Shown one piece after another: positions 56,649 through 64,000 of a stretch of 64,000 nucleotides of DNA. Source of the stretch: Candidatus Thorarchaeota archaeon. Lineage in GTDB: Archaea > Asgardarchaeota > Thorarchaeia > Thorarchaeales > Thorarchaeaceae. Position numbers and translations under genes: made by a program. The stretch lies in contig JAEOTX010000039.1 of the NCBI GenBank assembly GCA_016839605.1, forward strand, positions 21,497 to 85,496. Reading direction: 5' to 3'. The notes below the pieces were generated by a model. That model had not been told where the DNA came from and did no database searches. It saw only the letters and a program-made list of their open reading frames with translations. The stretch's first letter is position 1, and each line of letters opens with the position of its first letter.

Positions 56649-56792
56649 ACCTTATGGATGAAATCAATCAGAATTGGAGCGGCATCGAGACGAAGCTTCA
56701 TATGCGTTCCCGTGAATTGACACACAGAACGGGGGATTCACATCCGTTTCGTCCAACTTGATAGATTGGACTAGGACAGGAGAAATAATAGA

Positions 56793-57626
56793 TTGCAGTT
56801 TATTGATCCATATTGGGGAACGATACTCCTCCTTGGATTCGTGTTCCTCTTCATCTTGATGTTTGTAGCTAGTGGAATCAAGGTCCTCAGAGAATGGGAA
56901 CGCATTGCGATTCTTCGACTCGGTAAGTTTCAGGGCATCAAGGGCCCCGGAATAACATGGGTCACACCTATACTTGACAAGATTGCAATGAAGGTCTCTC
57001 TTAGGCTGTTGACCTATGCTTTCAAGACAGAGAGGTCTCTGACGAAAGACAACGTTCCAGTGGTTGTAGACGCGGTCATGTATTTCAGGGTGATTGACCC
57101 TGAGAAAGCGATTCTGAGTGTAGAAAGATACACAATTGCCGTAGAACTCGCTGCCCAGACCACGCTGCGTGAGACCACAGGTAAAGTCACTCTTGACGAG
57201 CTTCTCGCAGAACGTGATAAGATTGCGGAACATCTCCAGGAGCTTATTGACGAGAAGACAGAGCACTGGGGTGTTAAGGTCACATCAGTCGAGATCAGAG
57301 ACGTCGTGATTCCTGCTGCACTTCAGGACGCCATGAGCAGAGAGGCTCAGGCTGAGAGAGAGCGTCGTGCTAGAATCACTCTGGCTACAGCAGAACTTGA
57401 AGCAGCAGAGAACATGATGAAGGCTGCAAGGATGTATGAGGAATCTCAAGTAGGGTATAACTTGCGAACCTGGAACATCATGCAGGAGATATCTAAGAAT
57501 GCGAACCTCATCATCATGATACCAACAAATCTGCCAGAAGTAGGTACAGTCGTTGGAACAGCAGCCGCTCTATCTGCAGGAACAGGTGGATTGCGGATGC
57601 CCAAGGATAAGGGGACCCAGGAGTAA
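56793..57626 (+). CDS. SPFH/band-7 (stomatin/prohibitin-like) protein
   Basis: N-terminal TM, then IKVLREWERIAILRLGKF...TKDNVPVVVDAVMYFRVIDP...IRDVVIP, the classic stomatin pattern. Confidence 0.85.
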   Translation: MQFIDPYWGTILLLGFVFLFILMFVASGIKVLREWERIAILRLGKFQGIKGPGITWVTPILDKIAMKVSLRLLTYAFKTERSLTKDNVPVVVDAVMYFRVIDPEKAILSVERYTIAVELAAQTTLRETTGKVTLDELLAERDKIAEHLQELIDEKTEHWGVKVTSVEIRDVVIPAALQDAMSREAQAERERRARITLATAELEAAENMMKAARMYEESQVGYNLRTWNIMQEISKNANLIIMIPTNLPEVGTVVGTAAALSAGTGGLRMPKDKGTQE

Positions 57627-57655
57627 ATTTCGTGTGACATTGGGAGGTTGACATA

Positions 57656-58354
57656 ATGGATGCTTGGATTAAGATCTTCGTCGTGCTTATGCTGATGTCA
57701 TTGCTCAGTGTCCTCATAGGCTACGTGCTCTTTGATCCATTCGTCGGATTAATCCTAGTAGCAATTGTACTCACTTTAATGGTAGTAGCGGTGGAACCTG
57801 CTAGCGGAAAAGCAATGGCCCAGGTCGTGGTGCCCATTGTTCTCATTCTCTTCGCAATGCAGGTCTTCTTCACGCCTGGTTTCTCTTTTGATGTTGTCCA
57901 ACTCATCATCATTGCAGGGATGCTCTTCCTGATGCTCGCCATATTCACAGGTGGCGGGGGATTCGTTGATGGAGGGTTCATAGATGCGAAGGTTACATGC
58001 AAGCTCTTCCCATTCTACGGAGTGGCAATTCTGATATCAGTACTCATCGATCCGACGAGGACAATCACCGTCTACCTCATGGTTGGAACTGTCATGGGAT
58101 TAATGGTGCTCTATGGCATATTCCTTAGAGGCTATGATAAATGGCCTGAATACTCAAAATATGGGAAAATGCGTAACGTCATCGCCATGTCAGACATCAA
58201 TCCAACCGGGAAGGTGAAGGCAGGTGCAGCTATTTGGAGAGCCAGAACTGACGGCCCCCCTATCCGCGAGGGAGAAAGAGTGTCTGTTCGAGGAATCTCT
58301 GGCTTGACAATGATTGTAGGCCATGAGGTCAGTGGGGAAACTGACCAGCAATAG
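57656..58354 (+). CDS. NfeD-like membrane protein (short form, C-terminal OB-fold)
   Basis: Multi-TM N-terminus plus a C-terminal GKVKAGAAIWRARTDGPPIREGERVSVRGISGLTMIV beta-barrel motif typical of NfeD. Adjacent to the stomatin gene. Confidence 0.75.
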   Translation: MDAWIKIFVVLMLMSLLSVLIGYVLFDPFVGLILVAIVLTLMVVAVEPASGKAMAQVVVPIVLILFAMQVFFTPGFSFDVVQLIIIAGMLFLMLAIFTGGGGFVDGGFIDAKVTCKLFPFYGVAILISVLIDPTRTITVYLMVGTVMGLMVLYGIFLRGYDKWPEYSKYGKMRNVIAMSDINPTGKVKAGAAIWRARTDGPPIREGERVSVRGISGLTMIVGHEVSGETDQQ

Positions 58355-58387
58355 TATTTTCTAGAAAGGGTCGGTTCCATCCGACCC

Positions 58388-59239
58388 TCACTTATTCTTC
58401 AGTACCTCTTTCAGAAGCACCCAGACAAGGGACAATCCAAATAGGAAGCCAAATACCGTTGTAATGCCCCATTCAATCTGGAATATCTCCACCATATTCA
58501 CAGGTTCTATGGGATAGACTGGAAACATGACGAATGCTACTATATTCCAGGCATAATGGAACGCGATTGGAACCCAGAGTCGCTTCCCCGACCAATAATA
58601 GCTATAGCTCAGAACCACTCCTCCAAGAAAGAGGTTGAAATTAAATATCAGAATCAAATGAAATGGAATAGAGCCCAGTGGAAGCCACCAGCTAAAGTGG
58701 AGCAAAGCAAACAGGGTCGATGTTCCAAGAATTGCGAAAGTTCGTCCTATAACCTTCTCCATTCTAGTGGTGAGATAGCCACGGTATACAATCTCCTCAA
58801 AGAGCGCCACAGGGATGGTGAATATGATCTGATTTGCAATCAAATCGCCGGTTACTTCACTCGCAGGACGGATGTCACCTCCAAATAACAGTGCAACTAT
58901 ATAGACTAGAGCTGCAGCCACTGTGCCAGCTACCAAACCAATAATGAGATGATGTATTGTTTTGTCATCAGTCTGGAGACCCAGACTTGTTACATCACCA
59001 CTACGCTCCCAACGCATGAACAGAATCACAGCCAAATACATCAAGAGGTAAAGACCAAAGAATTGGACTGTGCCAATGAGACTTCTTGTCATAGCATCCA
59101 TCGAAGATGTCATAATCGATATTGTTTCATGAAGGAGGTGGATTAGTAAGAGCGCCAAGGAAAAAAGCAGAACTCGTATTGGACCCAGATTATTCGTTTG
59201 TATACTATTGGCTCCCATATGTCGCCCAACGCTTTTCAC
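58388..59239 (-). CDS. CPBP-family intramembrane metalloprotease (CAAX protease / Abi-type)
   Basis: All three CPBP motifs are present: EEIVYRGYL (EExxxR), LFALLHFSWW (FxxxH) and AFHYAWNIVAF (HxxxN). Confidence 0.8.
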   Translation of the reverse strand: MKSVGRHMGANSIQTNNLGPIRVLLFSLALLLIHLLHETISIMTSSMDAMTRSLIGTVQFFGLYLLMYLAVILFMRWERSGDVTSLGLQTDDKTIHHLIIGLVAGTVAAALVYIVALLFGGDIRPASEVTGDLIANQIIFTIPVALFEEIVYRGYLTTRMEKVIGRTFAILGTSTLFALLHFSWWLPLGSIPFHLILIFNFNLFLGGVVLSYSYYWSGKRLWVPIAFHYAWNIVAFVMFPVYPIEPVNMVEIFQIEWGITTVFGFLFGLSLVWVLLKEVLKNK

Positions 59240-59395
59240 ACCTAAATCTCATCCGGTAAGACCCGGTAGGACACACAAGAAGGGTATACATATTGCGAAA
59301 TTTAATAACTAGGCGTGGCTCTTCGAACTTAATGGTGGAAACTAGGCATTGCAAATGACTAGTGCTCATCCTATGATGATTCGCGCCACGGAGGA

Positions 59396-60694
59396 TTGCT
59401 CTTGTCAGAAACAAGACGTCTGTTGCTGGAGTTTGAAACGGAAGAAGTTGGAATCCGTGCTTCAAAGGACAAAAGAGTGAAAAAAGCACTCGTAGGTGCT
59501 TTTTCCGATGCCTCAGACGTCGTGAGAGAACGGGCGCTGTTGGCGGCTATTGATGTTGGCGACCCAACTATTGTCATAGACATAATCAAAGCCATGACGG
59601 ACGAGGAGGAGAGTGTGAGAATCGCCGCCGCCCAAGCCCTAGCATTCTACCACCAGCCAAGAACAATTCCGGACTTGCTGAAGGGACTGCAAGATATCAA
59701 TACATGGGTTAGATCTCATTGTGCAGCAGGACTCTCGAAACTTCTGAATGGACCAATATGGGCAAGAATTGAGTCAAGTGATATCGAGGAACTTGTTGCA
59801 GGCTTTCCAGAAATGGATGATGGCGCCATTCGATCAAAGCTGAAGAAGATAAGCGTGGACTCTGACGCAGTTGACAGATACATGAATTGGCGATCAAAGG
59901 ACTTCGACATAGAGATTGATGTTACTGATTTCGTCAGGGAATTGGAGGAAACAGCAATAGTAATGGAAGGCGTCGCTGAAGCCTCAGCAATAGCACCACC
60001 AGATGAGGCTGCGAGAAAAACTACAGGCCTCTCAGCTGAGGTCGAAGAGATTCTGAGTGAACTGCCGGAGGACCTCCGTGAAACCCTTCCTGAAGAGGAC
60101 CTTAGAAGACTTACTCCTGAAACTGCAAGAGAACTCGTCACATCATTGACGACCGCTGTGCCTTCGAAGAAGCCCGATGAGAAGCCGAAGAAGAAAGCAG
60201 TAAAGGTCAGGAAAGTGAAAAAGGTTCGAAGGAAGAAGAAAGGACCAAGCAGACAAGAACTTATCGAGAAGATTCCAGACGAGGTCAGGGAATCAGTTTC
60301 CGATGATGTTCTAAAGACACTGACCTATGAAGAGCTTGAAGCTCTGATAGCATCCACAACTGAGGCCGCAGCTCCTGATGTCGAGGAGCCGCCCAAGAAG
60401 CTGACGAAGAAGGAAGAGATAATTGAAACGCTTCCGCCAGAAGTGCGAGAATCAGTTGGCGATGGAAAATTAAAGAGGATGACTATCAAAGAGATTGAGG
60501 AGCTTGCCACTACAGCTAGTATGAGTGATAAGGAACGCCGACTTCAGGAGTTCACTGAAAAATACGGCGAAGAGAAAGCAAATGTTCTCGCGGGTGTACC
60601 TGATGAAATGCTGACAGGCATCCCCGAAGAACAGATCCATGAAATGGACCTTGATACCCTAAAGGCGCTTGTACAGGCTCTGGAACACACCTAG
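59396..60694 (+). CDS. HEAT-repeat (PBS-lyase-type) protein with four C-terminal degenerate repeats of about 40 aa
   Basis: The N-terminal region (DVVRERALLAAIDVGDPTIV...SVRIAAAQALAFYHQPRTIPDLLKGLQDINTWVRSHCAAGLSKL) is HEAT_PBS-like. C-terminal repeats: LPEDLRETLPEEDLRRLTPETARELVTSL / IPDEVRESVSDDVLKTLTYEELEALIAS / LPPEVRESVGDGKLKRMTIKEIEELATT / VPDEMLTGIPEEQIHEMDLDTLKALVQAL. Confidence 0.7.
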   Translation: MLLSETRRLLLEFETEEVGIRASKDKRVKKALVGAFSDASDVVRERALLAAIDVGDPTIVIDIIKAMTDEEESVRIAAAQALAFYHQPRTIPDLLKGLQDINTWVRSHCAAGLSKLLNGPIWARIESSDIEELVAGFPEMDDGAIRSKLKKISVDSDAVDRYMNWRSKDFDIEIDVTDFVRELEETAIVMEGVAEASAIAPPDEAARKTTGLSAEVEEILSELPEDLRETLPEEDLRRLTPETARELVTSLTTAVPSKKPDEKPKKKAVKVRKVKKVRRKKKGPSRQELIEKIPDEVRESVSDDVLKTLTYEELEALIASTTEAAAPDVEEPPKKLTKKEEIIETLPPEVRESVGDGKLKRMTIKEIEELATTASMSDKERRLQEFTEKYGEEKANVLAGVPDEMLTGIPEEQIHEMDLDTLKALVQALEHT

Positions 60695-60701
60695 TCTATA
60701 G

Positions 60702-61982
60702 CTACTCCGACCCTCGAATGACAATCGCAAACTCACTAGCCAGCTTGCCATACCATTCCAAAAGATCTCTCATATTGTCTACATGACGATAGGTTCCATT
60801 TCCGTACTGTGCCATAGCAAGCATTAATTCTTCGTCTATCTCGCTTCGCTCTCCTAGACCGATAGTGTATATCACTAGACTGGCGGTGTTCTTGAATCGC
60901 TCTTTCAAAATCTTGAGTGGAGCAGGTCCGGATGTGGTCATACCATCGGTCATCATAATGAGCATCGTCGGCTTAGTCGGGTCTCCAAATGCATCAATGA
61001 TGTCCGCAGCTCGAATGAGAGCAGTACCCATGTCAGTAAGAGTACCTCCTTCTTCGATTTTGTCCACTACATGTGTGCTAATGATTTGAAGACCAAGAGC
61101 CTTTTCTCTTCCTGTACACTCAACGAATGGCTGGACTTCACCGGTTTCCGAACTCAAGAAAGTCATCTCAGTAACTTCCTTCTCGAAAGTCACGACACCA
61201 ACTTTCTCACCATAACCTCTGCCAACCTTTTCAGCTAGGTAAAGAAGAACAGCCATGGCTGCAGCCTCACCTCTACTTACGTTTGTCCCTTCCTTGAAAC
61301 GATCTAGAAATGCTTGGACCTCGGGATTATCTCCGGCAAGGTCTTTGAGTCCCTCACGTGCATGAGCTATGTCCTGAACGGGGACATCAGTCGTTTTCAT
61401 AGATCCGCTTGTGTCAATGCATAATACAGCATTAAAAGGAGTGGCAATGCCTATAGTTTTGAATTGATATCCAGTCCTTTCCTTGAGTGCCTCAAACGCT
61501 AGCTTGGCAAACCTCTTTCCTGAGAGAGCAGGACGAGTTGTCATAATCTCGACTTTCACATTCAACTCTGGCCAGATGAATGACATGCCCGGATATACGA
61601 GACGTCCACCAATGAGCTTCTCCAAAGACTCGACTTGTTCAGCAGCCCGCGTGACAAGATCTTCGGTACTTGCATCCTCAGTCAGTGGTTTAAGGCCAAA
61701 TTCCACATACTCGAGCGCAGTCATGTCCTCATCATACAGTGTCACTTCTATGCCGGAGTCGCCTTCCATTAGTAGTGAAGCCTCAAGGACCAATGTATCA
61801 ATCCTAATTCTATCATCTGGAACTCCATCGTTGATTCTTATTTGAGCCGCACCCCAAAACGAAGAGGCAGGGTCCTCAAACACAACAATCGATCCCAGTT
61901 CAGCATTCAGCTTTTTAGCAGTCTTGGGATTGAGTACTGCGTAGCCTCGGAGGTCTCCGCCATCATCAATCTCCAGTTTCAC
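60702..61982 (-). CDS. vWA-domain protein with an N-terminal CDC48-N/VAT-N-like double-psi beta-barrel domain
   Basis: vWA MIDAS motif VLCIDTSGSMK plus downstream T and D residues. The N-terminus (YAVLNPKTAKKLNAELGSIVVFE...AQIRINDGVPDDRIRIDTLVLEASLLMEGDSGIEV) resembles the CDC48/VAT N-terminal domain pattern. Confidence 0.7.
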   Translation of the reverse strand: MKLEIDDGGDLRGYAVLNPKTAKKLNAELGSIVVFEDPASSFWGAAQIRINDGVPDDRIRIDTLVLEASLLMEGDSGIEVTLYDEDMTALEYVEFGLKPLTEDASTEDLVTRAAEQVESLEKLIGGRLVYPGMSFIWPELNVKVEIMTTRPALSGKRFAKLAFEALKERTGYQFKTIGIATPFNAVLCIDTSGSMKTTDVPVQDIAHAREGLKDLAGDNPEVQAFLDRFKEGTNVSRGEAAAMAVLLYLAEKVGRGYGEKVGVVTFEKEVTEMTFLSSETGEVQPFVECTGREKALGLQIISTHVVDKIEEGGTLTDMGTALIRAADIIDAFGDPTKPTMLIMMTDGMTTSGPAPLKILKERFKNTASLVIYTIGLGERSEIDEELMLAMAQYGNGTYRHVDNMRDLLEWYGKLASEFAIVIRGSE

Positions 61983-62067
61983 CGTCTTGGTGATATCATT
62001 CTCCTCCTATTGTAAGATGTTTAACTCTTCTTCAGATTCATTATAAAGAATTGTGCCGGATGGTTTG

Positions 62068-63576
62068 CTACGCTAGTAGCTTCAATACCTCTCTAGTTAG
62101 GTCTAGCGCCGTCTTGCTCTTAATAGGATTTGTATTGATTGCTTTAGAGAACGTGGAGTTAATCTTTTGAGTCCCAAACTCAAGGCTATCTAGAGCATCT
62201 TCACCCTTTGTACCAAGCACTGTACAACTCGTTATGGTCCCAGGTCCCCTTTTGACCCAAAGGTGTACTTCTGTGACACCTCTCCGAACACCAAGAGAAA
62301 TAATGTACGAGTCAAAGTAAATGCCGTTGTGTCCACCAGAACTCATAGATTCCATTTTTGGCCAAGTATGCTTTGGTGGTATCATATAGTCAACAGAAGT
62401 GATATCCCATCCTTCGCCGGCAATCAATTTCATTAAAGTATCCTCAAGCGTAGCAATAGCGTCGCTCTCGCAACCTATACATACTACTGCTTGTGGAGCA
62501 CGCTCTGTAGCCCTTTTTGTCCCAAAAGGACGATTCACCAGGGATAGCGCATTTCCACCGAGTATTCTTTGAGCATCCTCTAGTCCTCCAGGAAAATCGC
62601 GTGATAGAAGATGGAGAATTAGTTCTGCAGCTTGCACTGAAAGAAAGGTGTAGTCAGATCCGAAGAGCAGGTTTTCTGACCAACTCCCCAGAGTTGTCTT
62701 CAACCGATCGCTCGACATCTTCAAGAGAACCGGCACATCCTTGTCATGGAGAGTAGAGGTTTCTCCGTAGATAGCAGGGTCTCTCAAGATGTCATAGAGC
62801 TTTGTACTTCCTGGACTCATGGCGCAGTGTGCAAGGATCACACTCAATCCCCGCATGGCATTCTCGTATTTTTCATCTTGCCTCATAGAGACCACGAGGT
62901 CTCTGATCCTCTCAGCTGTCCGAATGTTCCTAGTATCCAATATCACTGGAATGCCTAGTTCTCCTGCTCTAGCAACGACATCCTTCACATAATCGGCCTC
63001 GATATCCTCCAAAAACAGTTGGGCAAGAGGGTGGAGCTTCAGCCCTCTAAGTCCTAGCTCTCCTATTGCTCGATCTAGTTCCCGAATTGGCCGGTTCGGC
63101 GATCCCTCGAGGGCATCCTTTGGATCTACCCTCGCGAAACCAATAAGTCTAGAGGAATGCGGCGCGCGAGATGTCCATGCCGCTATCTTGTCATTTGAAA
63201 CGTAGAACGAAGGTTCATCAGGAGACCTACTCTTCGAGTAGTCATCAGTATAAGGAAACACGATCGTTCGGTCCACAAGCCATCCGTGATTCATTCGCGA
63301 CCACTTATCTTTGGTCGTGAATATTCTCTCAGGCAATTCGGGCGCAACAATCCTGATAGGCTCATAGAGCAGGCTGTCTTCATTCATCATTTTTTCAGTC
63401 ATTCGCTGCATCTCAAACCACAGCAGCGCGTAGAATTCGTAGGCTCCAGAAGGGGTGTTCCGATGGCTCTTCTCTTTGCCCATGTGGTGATGAGCATCAA
63501 CAATGTAAAGCCTGAACTCCTCTCCCTTAGCAATTCCTTTCTCCGGAATGTCTTGAAGTGCACGAACAACCAACAT
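62068..63576 (-). CDS. Amidohydrolase-2 family (TIM-barrel metal-dependent hydrolase, COG2159-like) with an about 150-aa C-terminal extension
   Basis: YIVDAHHHMG (N-terminal metal-binding His pair), internal LKLHP and VILAHC (conserved His), GSDYTF (the barrel-strand 8 Asp region). Confidence 0.7.
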   Translation of the reverse strand: MLVVRALQDIPEKGIAKGEEFRLYIVDAHHHMGKEKSHRNTPSGAYEFYALLWFEMQRMTEKMMNEDSLLYEPIRIVAPELPERIFTTKDKWSRMNHGWLVDRTIVFPYTDDYSKSRSPDEPSFYVSNDKIAAWTSRAPHSSRLIGFARVDPKDALEGSPNRPIRELDRAIGELGLRGLKLHPLAQLFLEDIEADYVKDVVARAGELGIPVILDTRNIRTAERIRDLVVSMRQDEKYENAMRGLSVILAHCAMSPGSTKLYDILRDPAIYGETSTLHDKDVPVLLKMSSDRLKTTLGSWSENLLFGSDYTFLSVQAAELILHLLSRDFPGGLEDAQRILGGNALSLVNRPFGTKRATERAPQAVVCIGCESDAIATLEDTLMKLIAGEGWDITSVDYMIPPKHTWPKMESMSSGGHNGIYFDSYIISLGVRRGVTEVHLWVKRGPGTITSCTVLGTKGEDALDSLEFGTQKINSTFSKAINTNPIKSKTALDLTREVLKLLA

Positions 63577-63714
63577 CTAAATGCGGCCTCGGATAATGGA
63601 GCCTACTGCCTTGTGAGAGATAAAGTATTCCTTCATAGACAGAGGCAACAAGTGCCTCTACGTCAGGCATATATCCTAACATGAGATGAAGGAGAATAGA
63701 GTCGCTGGGAGCAT

Positions 63715-64000
63715 GAATCAATGCTAGTTGTCGAAGACACTGCAGAGGGCGAAGTGAAGCGCTTTCTATTGGTAGATGCGCTCATACAGCTAGGTGAGGT
63801 TCAAGCAGGTTCACAAAGCAGAGTCTTTGATCCAAACAGGGTTCTCTCGTTCTATAACATGGTTGAGAATCAGCTACACGACTACTCAAGCAAATATCCT
63901 GAAGCTTTCAAATATATCCCAAGAAGAGCCTATGTATACCTCAAGAGACCTCCTATTCTTAGTGAGCTATATCATGATGTCTCTTCTTCAGACACAGGCT
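63715..64000 (+). CDS. Hypothetical protein, 5' partial (runs off the window end)
   Basis: Manual translation from ATG at 63715 gives MLVVEDTAEGEVKRFLLVDALIQLGEVQAGSQSRVFDPNRVLSFYNMVENQLHDYSSKYPEAFKYIPRRAYVYLKRPPILSELYHDVSSSDTG with no stop before position 64000. Confidence 0.3.

Overview
The window is a densely coding, clearly archaeal chromosomal segment of roughly mid-40s to 50% GC by eye, with about 60 protein-coding genes on both strands. I found no rRNA, no tRNA, no CRISPR array, and no transposase or integrase. Archaeal hallmarks include a tungsten-type aldehyde:ferredoxin oxidoreductase with its ferredoxin, CutA, a bifunctional PGI/PMI, a DUF123 GIY-YIG-like protein, an oligopeptide ABC binding protein anchored by a Thr/Pro linker and C-terminal TM, and an archaeal-type ThrC with an N-terminal zinc ribbon. 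A convincing Snf7/ESCRT-III homologue and a presenilin/SPP-type GxGD protease hint at an Asgard-like archaeon (inference only). Housekeeping content covers amino-acid metabolism (BCAT, GdhA, ThrC, SerB-like), nucleotide salvage (Dcd, Prs-like, PNP/UDP, SurE), sugar metabolism (WecB, PGI/PMI, IMPase/FBPase), an Opp/Dpp ABC transporter, stomatin/NfeD, and a CPBP protease. The main candidates for undescribed biology are: (1) two tandem, overlapping genes that each fuse a DapA-like aldolase to a formaldehyde-activating-enzyme (Fae)-like domain; (2) a two-gene operon of 819 and 911 aa helical proteins with internal tandem repeats and Pro-rich linkers; (3) a three-gene cluster ending in a 1146-aa GCS2/YbdK-type ligase fused to ~750 aa of repeated beta-sandwich domains; (4) a ChlI/ChlD-like AAA+ and vWA protein with a TM hairpin in its linker; (5) a 490-bp intergenic region with a central AT-rich TATA-like core flanked by two strong hairpins with purine-rich loops; and (6) a presenilin-like protease co-transcribed with a single-pass membrane protein. 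All family assignments come from motifs I recognise in the translated ORFs; no database search was run.
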